Positions 13,374 through 24,060 of a stretch of DNA of 64,000 nucleotides are shown piece after piece (within the stretch, counting starts at the first letter, position 1; the number at the start of each line of letters is the position of its first letter). The stretch is from Minutocellus sp. GHC0000111 (lineage: Eukaryota), in contig OZ361260.1 in assembly GCA_977018835.1 (NCBI GenBank), positions 2,790,001-2,854,000 of the forward strand, written 5' to 3'. Both the position numbers and the translations under genes were made by a program. The notes below the pieces were generated by a model. That model had not been told where the DNA came from, did no database searches, and was given only the letters and a program-made list of their open reading frames with translations.

Positions 13374-14789
13374 ATGGAGGAGAGGTTCCGATATCAGTTG
13401 GATCGGCGCGCCGGCGATGAGACGCTGCGGTCCCTTCGCCACTCGTTCGCTGCGAAGGACAAGAGCGTCCCCAAAACTCCAGCTCGAAAGAGGCCCAGCA
13501 CATCCCCCGCCATTGACTTTTCGTCGAACGATTACCTCGGCCTCGCTCGATGTCCTCAGCAGCTTCGAGTGGTCGAGAAGGCATTTGCCTCTCATGTTCC
13601 CAAATTGGTTGCGTCGGGATCGCCACTCCTCGGGTCGACTGGTTCTCGACTCTTGTCGGGAGATACGCCACTTGCCGCCTCCCTCGAGATCGACCTGGCC
13701 AAGGCACACAATCGTCCGGCTGCCCTCCTGTTCAACTCGGGATATGATGCCAACCTATCGGTGTTGGGATGTTCGCTCATGCCTGGCGACATTGTTATAA
13801 TGGACGAGCTTTGTCACAACAGCCTCATCATGGGCGTACGAATGAGTCGATTGGGCTGGGAAGGTGGTGGTTCCAGCGGCAATGTGAAGATGTTTCGCCA
13901 CAATGACGTTGAGAGTTTGGTGGAGGTTTTGGATATTATTGTCAATCCAGGGAGCAATGGTCCTACCAGTGCTTTGGGCAAAGATTCAAAGATATTGATC
14001 GTTGTGGAGAGTGTCTACAGTATGGACGGGGATGTAGCGCCACTCGAACAAATATTGGATGTTGCTTCTTCAAGAGGAGCATCGGTTGTTGTTGATGAAG
14101 CGCATGGGCTGGGTATTTACGGCACGACAAACGCCGATGATTTGATCTTAGATGGGGGCAAAAGTGCAAAGGGCAAATCTCAAGCAAGAAACTCTATAGG
14201 CGGCGGCACGGGTGTTCTCGCGGCCCTTAATCTCGAACGTCACCAGGCTCTCTTGTGCAGTGTCCATACATTTGGGAAGGCTGCGGGATGTCACGGAGCA
14301 GTCGTCGCTGCATCCAGAACCACCGTCGATTATCTTATCAATTATGCTCGGCCGTTTGTTTACTCGACTTCGCCCCCTCCACATGCGCTGGTAACAATCC
14401 GCTGCGCGTATGAGACAATGATGGGCCCAGTTGGGGAAGAACGTCGGCAGAAGGTATTCCAGTTGGTGAATTTGTTTCGCTTGTCATTGGATGGCAAGGC
14501 GAAACAGATGGGCCTCCAGACTGCTTTGGGAAACATATCCTTGCTTCTGCCCAGCCCTTCTCCCATCCAGGCCGTTCTGATCCCAGGAAACCACCAGTGC
14601 ATTGAGCTTTGCTCTCGTCTTCACTCCTCCAGCTTCGATGTGTATCCGATTCGTAGCCCAACAGTCCCAAAAGGTCAGGAGCGAGTTCGAATCATCATCC
14701 ATTCTCACAACACTGAAGAAGAAGTTGAAAGTCTGGTGGATGCACTGACCAGTGAAATATTGGCAATGATAATGCGATCTAAGATCTAG
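13374..14789 (+). CDS. bioF: 8-amino-7-oxononanoate synthase (biotin synthesis, PLP-dependent)
   Basis: DFSSNDYLGL, GSTGSRLLSG, SGYDAN, VESVYSMDGD, DEAHG, TFGKA and IRSPTVPKG motifs. Confidence 0.93.
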   Translation: MEERFRYQLDRRAGDETLRSLRHSFAAKDKSVPKTPARKRPSTSPAIDFSSNDYLGLARCPQQLRVVEKAFASHVPKLVASGSPLLGSTGSRLLSGDTPLAASLEIDLAKAHNRPAALLFNSGYDANLSVLGCSLMPGDIVIMDELCHNSLIMGVRMSRLGWEGGGSSGNVKMFRHNDVESLVEVLDIIVNPGSNGPTSALGKDSKILIVVESVYSMDGDVAPLEQILDVASSRGASVVVDEAHGLGIYGTTNADDLILDGGKSAKGKSQARNSIGGGTGVLAALNLERHQALLCSVHTFGKAAGCHGAVVAASRTTVDYLINYARPFVYSTSPPPHALVTIRCAYETMMGPVGEERRQKVFQLVNLFRLSLDGKAKQMGLQTALGNISLLLPSPSPIQAVLIPGNHQCIELCSRLHSSSFDVYPIRSPTVPKGQERVRIIIHSHNTEEEVESLVDALTSEILAMIMRSKI

Positions 14790-15028
14790 ATCTGAGTTAG
14801 TTTATACCAATTGGTGCTACATAGGCCTACATGTATACTAGATCTACGGTACATATCTACGACACTTGGATCAGGAAATGCGGATGGGAGGCCACGGAGG
14901 CTTGCGCAGGCTGCTGCTGCTGCTGCATCGCGCAGGCAGCCTCGATCGTCTGTCCTCGACCGTCAGGTTGCCTCTCGCTCTCGCTCTCGAGGTCCGTCCA
15001 TTTCGAAGCAACATACACAACAAGCAAG

Positions 15029-17483
15029 ATGAGGTCGGCAACAGCGCTAGTACGACACTGCCAGCGACGTGCCGTTGGAAATAGACAAAGACTAACTCTC
15101 TCGAGAGCATTTTGTCGTCACTTGTCAAGTTTACCACAAGTGGATGAGACCGATGGTAACATTGCGATACCACACAACGACGACGCCGTCGTCGCTACGA
15201 GCAAAGGTTGGACACTGGACCGAGAAAAGAGATTGCGTTCTGTTCTAAGCGGGAAAGCCGAGGCCCCTCCTGGCTTGGATTTGGCGAAGGAGACTCATCT
15301 GGCGGCATCGTGGCATTCTGCACATGGGAAGATTGATGACTTGTCCAAGCTGGTAAGACGAGCAGAAAGGTTTGTTTCGAAAACACAAGATATGGACAAC
15401 GTTGTGCCGTACGAAGCCACGATACGTTTTCTAATCCAATCTGCAGAATCCCAGCTAGCCCATCTTATTGAAGCGGATAAGATGATGAAATCACTATTCG
15501 GCAAGAGCAGAGACGGATCTCGATCGGTGTCGTTTCGCACGCTGAATGACCTACTTGGACATGTTGTGACTGCATGGGCCAGAGTTCGGTTGGATTCCGT
15601 GCGGCCTTTGAGCGGGAAGACGAAAACGGGCTCAAAACCAAATGACAGAGCGCACACTGTTCCAGCAGATGCTGCCGAATCATGGCTGCGCCTTTGGGTT
15701 CATCATGTACAGATGCGAAACATGCACTCATCGCACACTGAGCAAGAATCCTTGGCGTTGGGACCAGGGGCTCTTGTCTTCGGTGCTTGTATTGACTCTC
15801 ATGCAAAATCTCGTAGGAGAGGTTCTGCCCATCGAGCAGAAGAATTATTGAAGTGGCTCATTGACCTTGGCAAGAACACACCAGGCAATATGCAAGAGAA
15901 TTGGGTTCCGCCACGCCCAAATGCTGTGATGTTCACCTCGGTAATAGATGCATGGGCAAGAACGGCGCATAATAATCCAGAAGCTGTCAGGAGCGCGGAA
16001 CGTTGGCTTGCAACTATGAAGGAGAATTATTTTGACAAGGGTATGATGGAGTGCAAGCCGTCTGCGATAGCATATACTTCGGTAATTATGGCTTATTCAA
16101 GGCGTGGGGGTGCTAGAGGTGGTAGACATTCACGCGACCGCTACAACGAACCTGACATGATTTCTGATGCAGAAAAAGCGGAAGATGTTTTGCTGCGATT
16201 GATGGAACGCAACGAAAACTTTCTCGATCAAACAGAAATCAATGACAGTGGTGCTGACGAATCTATTCGAGCTCCATCACTAGTAGATATCGACGTAAAT
16301 GTCCTCAATGGCGTGGTTGATGGCTGGGCTCGGCAGGCTGGTGCAGCGACATCACAAGAAGCAAGTCTTGCAGCAGCATATCGAGCTGAGAGCTGGTTAG
16401 CTGTTCTGCTTCGTACATCCGTGGTAGATGAAAGTTTCGAATCTGCTGCTCAAAATGTCACCAATGTCCCGCTTGCTACGCGGTCAATTTTAGAGTCACA
16501 TCAAAAAGAATCAACAATAACGAGTGGTCTCCTGGGGTCACTCCCCACACTGCTCGCCGCGTCGATGGTATCTGCAGATGTTGTTAGTTTCAATTCAGCG
16601 ATTTCTGCATTTTCTCGCGTTCGCAATTGCCTAGAAGCGGCGCAGGGAGCAGAGCGGTGTTTCGAATCAATGAAAGAGCAAAATATTGAGCCAAACCAGC
16701 ATTACATTTGGTACGATCGTTCTTGCCTGGGGTAACACCCGCTCATCGGAGGGAGCAGTCAAGGCTACTCAATATCTTGACGAATATGAAACGATGGGAA
16801 GGGCAAAGAAATTGAAGCCGCATGTGATCGTGTACAATAATACATTGAATGCATGGGCGAGCAGCGGTAGGAAAGATGCTCTGTCGAAAATGAGAATAAT
16901 TTTGGATCGTATGGAGCGCAGTAGATCTATCGACAAAGATGAAAATTCAGCACTTGTTCCGCCCGACATCGTTAGCTATCATACCTTCATGAAGGCGTGT
17001 ACACATGAAGCGCGGAAAAATCCCAATGAAAGTTTTGCCTACTTCCTTTCTGCTATGTACAAACTGACGGGCGAGGATCCAGCAATTGTCCCCGAGTCGT
17101 CAACATTTTTATCGGTTCTCCTTTGCATTGGACAGTGCGTTGTGTCGCCGAAGGAAAGAGGCGATGAGCGATATTTAGACATGTTGAAAATAGTCTTTGA
17201 TCGCTGTTGCAAGCAAGGTCTCGTTAGCCAAGCCTTTTTGGGAACCTTGCGATCAATCCTTCCGGAGGGCAATCGAAGGGAGGAGATCTTGGCAGATGTT
17301 ATGGGCGTTTCTGTGACAGAAGTTTCTACTGAGGGTGACCTTCACATTCATCCAGAATGGAGACGAAATTTACAGGGGAAAGACCGTAGCGGCAGAGGAA
17401 GAACGCATGGGTCGGCAACGCGTTCGGGAGCCAAACATTCTGAGGATCTCCGGAAGTCGTCTCGGCAGCATATTCGTAGGTAG
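15029..17483 (+). pseudogene. Pentatricopeptide-repeat (PPR) protein with mitochondrial-type presequence; 1-nt frameshift at ~16696
   Basis: PPR motifs (PNAVMFTSVIDAWA, PSAIAYTSVIMAYS, DVVSFNSAISAFS, PHVIVYNNTLNAWA). Removing one C from ccaaaccagc restores IEPNSITFGTIVLAW. Confidence 0.8.
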
Positions 17484-17838
17484 ATCTTAGTCTAGCTCTC
17501 TAGAGGGCTATGTACCGGTAGTTTAGAAACTAGATAGCCATCTTCTGGAGATGCCTAGCTAGCTAGCTAGAACTATTGGCTGAAATACCAAGCTCTAAGA
17601 AGGCAGCAGAGACGCACCAGGAGGAATACATGTACCGGTAGTCAAGTCAAGTTGGTCAAGTGTGAACAGGATTCAGACACCCGGAGAATGGGACCTCCAT
17701 CCGATCCATACTCGCGATCGCATGTCAATGTCACTCGATGGACTCGATGAAGTACCAACTCCTTTCGGACATATCAACGGCAAGAATTCTTTGCTACGCA
17801 TCGTCAAGCTCTTGAGTTACGGCAGTAATTAAATACAA

Positions 17839-19544
17839 ATGGTAGGCCATAATGCATTGGTATCATTGTGGTGTCGGCCGCCCCCTCGGAGGTTGTCTTC
17901 TCGGTACCAGACAAGCCCACACAACGCACCATGTGATTTATGCAATCAAATCTAATCGTGTCTTATTCTCACATCTCATGTACTTCTATCTGATTCTATC
18001 TCCTTGGCCTCTTCTATCTCCTTGGCCTCTTCGTGTGCCGCCAGGGTGCCTATATTTCGCTTGGGCTAACCTACTGTGCCTGCGCATCGGCGTCGTCTCT
18101 GTGCAACGCCTGTTTTGGTAGCACCGCACCGGGCACTACCGGTCGGAAACGGTCGGCGCTGCTACTGTCGGCCGCGGTTGCACTGGCTCTCTTCTTCCAG
18201 TACTCTCTCGCGCCCTCCATCGTCAATAAGACGGGATGGTGGAAAGTTTACAGCTCGATTCCCGGGATGGGCAAGCGGGTCTATGCGGCATGGTTGGATG
18301 GGTGTGATGGCTATGCCGACACGCCCGACCTTCTTCGGCAGTGCGTCCAGAATACCGGTGTTTACCGCCCGACGGCTGTCGCGGCTCTATTTTTCTCCGT
18401 AATGGCAATTGCTTCGGGAACGAGGCCCAGTCTCAATCGTGAGGCCTGGCCTGCCAAGTATGGTACCTACTTTTTGTTGGTTCTGGCATCGATCTTTCTG
18501 TACAATGGGCCTCTGTTCGATGGTATCTTCCTCTTCGTCGCTCGGATCGGTGCCATGGCGTTTATCATCATCCAGCAGGTTATCCTAATCGACATGGCGT
18601 ACAATTGGAATGAAAGCTGGGTGGAGAAGGCCGATGAATGTGACCGGCTGGATTGGGGTTCGGGCAAGTCATGGCTCCGTCTGATCGTTGCCTCTTGCGT
18701 TGCGCTTTACGGCTGTGCCTTTGCTGGTATTGGATTGCTGTACCACTTCTTTTCGGGGTGTCCTGAGAATAACGCAGTCATCACCTTGACCTTGATCGGG
18801 ATTGTTGCTGTGACTGCCGTTCAACTCTCTGGAACCGAGGGAAGCCTCCTAACGAGCGCCGTGCTATCGACGTATGCTGTGTATCTTGCCTATTCAACTG
18901 TGAGCAAGAACCCTTCAGCGGTGTGCAACCCTCAACTTGGCAACAGCGATCCCTGGGGCATCGCCATTGGCTTAGGCCTCACCGCAATTAGTTTGGCTTG
19001 GACGGGCTTTAGTTGGACCGCCGAGGGCCGTCTCAATCGTGAGGGGTGAGTTAGCGGCACCGGTACCACGCTGCATTTTGATCGGTGATTTTTTCCGCCA
19101 CTAACAAGTCGAATCGTTTCATTTATTCATTAACAACTCCACAGAGTTCAAACGACGCGGTCTGTTTCTCCAAATGGCCCACAGAGACAAGATGCCGATG
19201 GTCTCAACCTTGATACTCCCTTTATTGATCCAGAAACTGCTCCTACGACGGGACATGTGGTTGAGGGTAGTGATGATCTCGATACGTCTGTCAGTGGAAG
19301 GGAGCTCTGGAAGCTCAATGTTGTCTTGGCTCTCATTTCTTGCTGGATTGCCTGCATGCTCACTGGATGGGGCAGCATTCAGGGCGTCGTTGGAGAAGAC
19401 GACGAAGAACACCACACGGCTGCCAACCCCACAGTGAGCAGAGTCAATATGGCCATGGTTGGTGTTAGTCAGTGGTGCGCCCTGATATTGTATGCATGGA
19501 CTCTTGTTGCGCCAAGGCTGTTTCCTGACAGAGATTTCTCGTAG
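17839..19544 (+). CDS. SERINC: Serine incorporator (SERINC/TDE) membrane protein; exons 17839-17841 (ATG only), 18045-19045, 19145-19544
   Basis: MGA start, Cys-rich N-terminus, FIIIQQVILID.A..WNE.W, GSLLTSAV, and C-terminal WTLVAPRLFPDRDFS. Confidence 0.92.
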
Positions 19545-19941
19545 ACAGATGGCGCTACAGGCACGCGCACCTTTTAGACTCTGTACATATTCATACTAGT
19601 AACTGTAACAAATCTTGCAAAATTTTGTCTCGTCAGTCTGCCTTTATCATTATATGTACATAGTCTCGTGCTACTGGTATCAGGTCGGAGTATGCTCGAA
19701 AGGTCAAGAGGATTGATCAGATCTTCGCTCCAAATGTAGTGGGGAACGGCAATGATGGCATTTCTGGTCCATTCCAGAACGCCTACAATACCTTCTGCAG
19801 GGGAGGCGTCATTCCATTCGTCATCGGAGCGTACGGTGAGACCAACAAAGACTTTCAAGAGGTGCTGAAAGTCTGTGCTCGCATGGCGGTAAGCTCGGGG
19901 TGATGCGGTATACAATTCGCCCATTTTCGAGACTGAGGTCA

Positions 19942-20322
19942 AGGGTGGAGCTTATTCTGTCACCCTACACCTGTATCGTCGAGCGCTTGCCGGTGCCATT
20001 GCCCGAGGTCTCTCCCTGCACAAGAGGTCACGATTGCATTTTGTTCGAGGCTCGAGGGTAGAGGCAGCTAGGGTCGCTGAGGAGGCAAAGAATCATTTTG
20101 AGACTGGTGGGTGCTCTGATAGTGACGGATTCTCGGCTCGTCATTCGAGTCGAGAATATGGTTACTACGAGCAGTTTAGAAGATTTAGAAGTGGACCTGA
20201 ACGGCGCTATGAGTAATTATTTGCGGCTGGTTTTGCTTGTTCTAACCTACTTTCTCCACTTTCCAACGCCTGAGTATGTCAACATGATAAAACGACTATG
20301 TAGAAAAATGTTATACATATAA
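19942..20322 (+). mobile_element. Dispersed ~390-bp repeat, copy 1; probable 3' fragment of a retroelement ORF plus its trailer
   Basis: Highly similar inverted copy at 56153-56537. Encodes GGAYSVTLHLYRRALAGAIARG...ERRYE*. Confidence 0.6.
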
Positions 20323-20427
20323 AGTATGCCTACTCTACGCAGTTGGGTGATTCTATTTCTATCGTCTACCGTTCTACATGTATTAGCTTGTGTGTGTTTG
20401 TGTGTACAAATGTTGACTATTCATCTC

Positions 20428-21228
20428 TCAGCCCACAACAGAAATATGCTTGAAGATATTTTCATTTTCCTTTTGCGCTAAGAACCTTCGCCATTGCCCC
20501 CAATGCTCTCGACGGACATACTCAAAAGGCGCATTCCCACGCTTGTCGCTCATCAACAACAACTCCGGACACTGACGGATCAAATACTCCACCAACTCCT
20601 CATTCGGCTCGCTCGTCCAACAAGCGTCGTGCAATGCCGTCCGGCCATAGTCATCTCGCACTCGTACGGATACGCCGGCCTCATCGACTAGGAAGCGCAC
20701 CACGTCCACGAAGCCCCGTCGGCAGGCCATGTGGATGAGGCTCTCACCGAACTTGTTGGCGCATTGCAGTTGTCGTCCGGCCTTGTGCATGTTTTTTAGT
20801 TGGTTCATGTCTTGTGCTCTTACGGCCTGGATGACTTGGACGTCGTATGCCTTGATTTGCTCCTCGGTGTGCTTGATGAAGAAGTCTTTTACCGAGAGGG
20901 ATGGAATTATTGCGTTGGTTCCTACGCGTTGGCGAAGATATGATTGTGGTGATGTGATATCGACGTTATCGACGTTCGATGTAGCGACAATGCTTGAATG
21001 AGTGGTGGGTTGGGGTTGAGTTTCCTCATTTTCGCTGGTATTCTTAGTAGGATTTTGGTGCCGTGGCTCCTTTGATTCGTTTGTGCCTACTGAGAACGGT
21101 CCTGCAACATTGTTGGCACTCGTGGCTACTTCTATCTTCTGACAGCCCAATGAACAAAGACCATTCGGCCTGATTCGTTTATTGCCCTCAGAAGAGTCGG
21201 CATCGGACGGAATGGATCTCTTATTCAT
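20428..21228 (-). CDS. Ankyrin-repeat protein (paralog A)
   Basis: NKFGESLIHMACRRG and DDYGRTALHDACW ankyrin motifs. Confidence 0.88.
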   Translation of the reverse strand: MNKRSIPSDADSSEGNKRIRPNGLCSLGCQKIEVATSANNVAGPFSVGTNESKEPRHQNPTKNTSENEETQPQPTTHSSIVATSNVDNVDITSPQSYLRQRVGTNAIIPSLSVKDFFIKHTEEQIKAYDVQVIQAVRAQDMNQLKNMHKAGRQLQCANKFGESLIHMACRRGFVDVVRFLVDEAGVSVRVRDDYGRTALHDACWTSEPNEELVEYLIRQCPELLLMSDKRGNAPFEYVRREHWGQWRRFLAQKENENIFKHISVVG

Positions 21229-22901
21229 TCTCACGTCGAGCTACTGTAAAATATTCCCAGTTGAACACTGTTTTGATTGACACTCTGGTATGGTCTCTGC
21301 TCGGACTGATCAGTTGTATTGGACGATGGTTGCGCGCGCAAAGTAGAGAGTGCAACAAGTCGTGAAAAGGATGCAGGAGTGTCGAAAAGGAGTCCGAAGG
21401 GCAAAAGCTACTAGAGTGTGTACTCCCATTGCTTTCTCGCGGATCACTGAACTGACCACCGCACCGTCCATTCAAAGCCTTCGTCAAGATCGCAGCATGG
21501 ACAAATTCGGTGCGTGGCGGTTCCAGGCGTTCCAGGCCAGGTGGCGGTTCCAGGCAGATTTTCAGCAGGCAGCTGCTGCTGGAAGGCCTTTTTGTCACAG
21601 CTGCACACGTGACGACGAGTTGAACCTGTGACGTGGAGCAACAAGCCACGCAAACATTTGATTACGTGGCGACCTTCTGACGTTCTTCGCTCCAAATCAA
21701 CGAGAGGCAAAAAAGCGCGATTGCGTGTGCGCGCTGTACCGCAGGTACGAAGAACGATGCGATGGCATCTCACTTTTTTCATTTGTGGTCGTACTTTTGC
21801 CAGCAAGAGATAAGAGGCGCCACGCAAGTCAACTCTTATAATTCATAGTCCAACGAACTACTGCTGATATCAAATGTTCAGCACTATGGAACAACGTTGT
21901 TCGTTGCACTCTTCCGTCGCATCATCAGCCGACGAAACAAGGCCCTCGTCATCGATCGCGTCTGATTTCAGCGCAGACATCGACACTCCTTGGCCCTCCA
22001 GAATGAGTAGCTCGCCCAAAAGAAGTACTGCAATGAGCATAATGCGACGAAATTCGGAGCCGTTTCCAGAAGAGCTGGGATATGACTTGGAATCGCTCTT
22101 CGCGAAGCATCAGCAGATCGAAGAACCTGTTGTCGACAACACTTGCTCGTTGCGGAAAGGAAGCAATTGCAACAAGAGAAGAAGGCATTCAGATGGGTTC
22201 GCAATGGGTATGATGAACGAGAACGAGCCCATAGACGTACCAACGAGCTTCTCTCAGCAACTAGACAATTGCCCGGAATTACAACTTCAAGATCCAACGC
22301 ATAATGTCAGCCCTTCCGCATAGGATATTGTCACTCTCTACCAAAAAGAAGGCGTCCAAGGTCGACGACACCTCGTCAAACAGGCCACACAGCTCTTCTA
22401 AGAACGAAGCAAAGGAGCAGCCCCGCAGCCCTCACCAGGCCGTTCTTGATGTATTTGTCGCAAAGGATACGGGCAACGCTGTCCGCCCAACACTGAGTGT
22501 CGATAACTTTTTTGTTAAGCACACCGAGGAGCAAATCAAGGCATACGACGTCCAAGTCATCCAGGCCGTAAGAGCACAAGACATGAACCAACTAAAAAAC
22601 ATGCACAAGGCCGGACGACAACTGCAATGCGCCAACAAGTTCGGTGAGAGCCTCATCCACATGGCCTGCCGACGGGGCTTCGTGGACGTGGTGCGCTTCC
22701 TAGTCGATGAGGCCGGCGTATCCGTACGAGTGCGAGATGACTATGGCCGGACGGCATTGCACGACGCCTGTTGGACGAGCGAGCCGAATGAGGAGTTGGT
22801 GGAGTATTTGATCCGTCAGTGTCCGGAGTTGTTGTTGATGAGCGACAAGCGTGGGAATGCGCCTTTTGAGTATGTCCGTCGAGAGCATTGGGAACAATGG
22901 C
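20490..22901. repeat. 385-bp inverted repeat (20490-20874 / 22517-22901)
   Basis: Arms are reverse complements with only about 3 visible mismatches. Confidence 0.95.
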
Positions 22902-22942
22902 TCGAGTTTGTTCAGGAGAATGAAGAGCTGTTCGTGAAATGA
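21874..22942 (+). CDS. Ankyrin-repeat protein (paralog B); N-terminal ORF (21874-22323) and ankyrin ORF (22304-22942) are out of frame
   Basis: Same ankyrin domain as paralog A. The two overlapping ORFs differ by one frame, suggesting a 1-nt lesion near 22300. Confidence 0.75.
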
Positions 22943-23169
22943 GAGAGTGTTTTGTTTTGTTTGGTTCCCTCAAATTACCGGTATGCGATGGGTTGGCTCA
23001 ATAACAGCTACTGTAGGAATCCTAGTTTTACCGGTACTTTAGGAATTCCTATGTACAGAGCCGATAAATTTACATGTCAATTCATTGCTAAGAGATTCTC
23101 AATTGCCGAGGTACTGTACTACATGTAGTACATGTAAATCTACTACAGTGTACCGGTAGCTAGCTAATA

Positions 23170-23463
23170 CCCTGATTATCATAGAAAACCTGCCTACTTT
23201 TTAAAAACCTGCCCATATCTTTTGGAGGTGGTATTAATAAAAAACCTGCCTTTACATCTCGGACCAAAACCTGCCCATTTTGGGGCAGGTTTCCAAAAAA
23301 TCGTGGAGAAAACCTGCCCAAACTCGTTAGATCTAGATCTAATTTGACGTCATTTTGTTGTCAAAACAAAAACCTGCCTTTACCGCAAACATGCCTCTGA
23401 AAACCTGCCTCTACGCGAAACCCAAACCTGCCTAGCTAGGCAGGTTTTCTATGATAATCACGG
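23170..23463. mobile_element. 294-bp MITE with 27-bp TIRs and TA target-site duplication (Tc1/mariner-type)
   Basis: TA|CCCTGATTATCATAGAAAACCTGCCTA ... TAGGCAGGTTTTCTATGATAATCACGG|TA (1 mismatch). About 10 internal AAACCTGCC copies; no ORF. Confidence 0.9.
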
Positions 23464-23733
23464 TACGATCAAGTGATGGGTACGATTTTTCTTCTGGGGG
23501 GAAGAGGAGGATTTGAGAACTCTCTTGAATAAAATCGGGGTTGTAAAAAGACAGACGAGACAAAAATCGACGCGCGGGGTCATGGTGGAAAAGCACCGCA
23601 CATTGCCAAGCAAGGGCAATTCAAAAGTTGCATCAGGACAGGAGTGCCCCCAATGGGATGGCCATTCTCAGCAGCTGCGGTGCCCATATTCCGTCGGGAT
23701 AGCAACCTCCATCACTGGTACTTTTCTAGCTAA

Positions 23734-23925
23734 TTATTGCCATCCTCGATCCCAGGCGGCATGCACTAACGTAACGAGATTCATTACGTTCGAACGCCCC
23801 TTCCCACGCACGCAACCTTTGCAGTTATTATCGCGGCAGACAACAGTCATCACTTGACTTGCCCTGCCCTCCAAACAACGCTTCCAGAAAAAGGCCCGCA
23901 TCTGCTCGGGTGTGAAAGGGTTATC
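23734..23925 (-). mobile_element. Possible degenerate BED zinc-finger (hAT transposase N-terminus) fragment
   Basis: FTPEQMRAFFW...C..C...GKGRSNVMNLVTLVH resembles a BED-finger layout. Recognised by eye only. Confidence 0.25.
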
Positions 23926-24060
23926 AATCATGCCGGCCTCATGGGGTGGGAGGGCCATGGGCGTTGTTACCGCAATATCATGCATGAATGCCGCATCTTT
24001 CTGATTGGACTGATCAAGAGCAGCGTGAACAACTTGTCGCATGGGCTGTCCGCGCCGAAC

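Noticed and set aside
14831..15028. Cys-rich N-terminal extension of the PPR ORF
   Set aside because: Derives from TA-palindrome and (GCT)n intergenic sequence; the ATG at 15029 gives a plausible transit peptide
19574..19942. 122-aa minus-strand ORF abutting repeat copy 1 as a 5'-inverted LINE segment
   Set aside because: No RT or endonuclease motif is recognisable; left unassigned
23170..23463. Repeated AAACCTGCC units as a CRISPR-like array
   Set aside because: Units are ~9 bp, irregularly spaced, in both orientations and bounded by TIRs in a eukaryotic context; a MITE explains them
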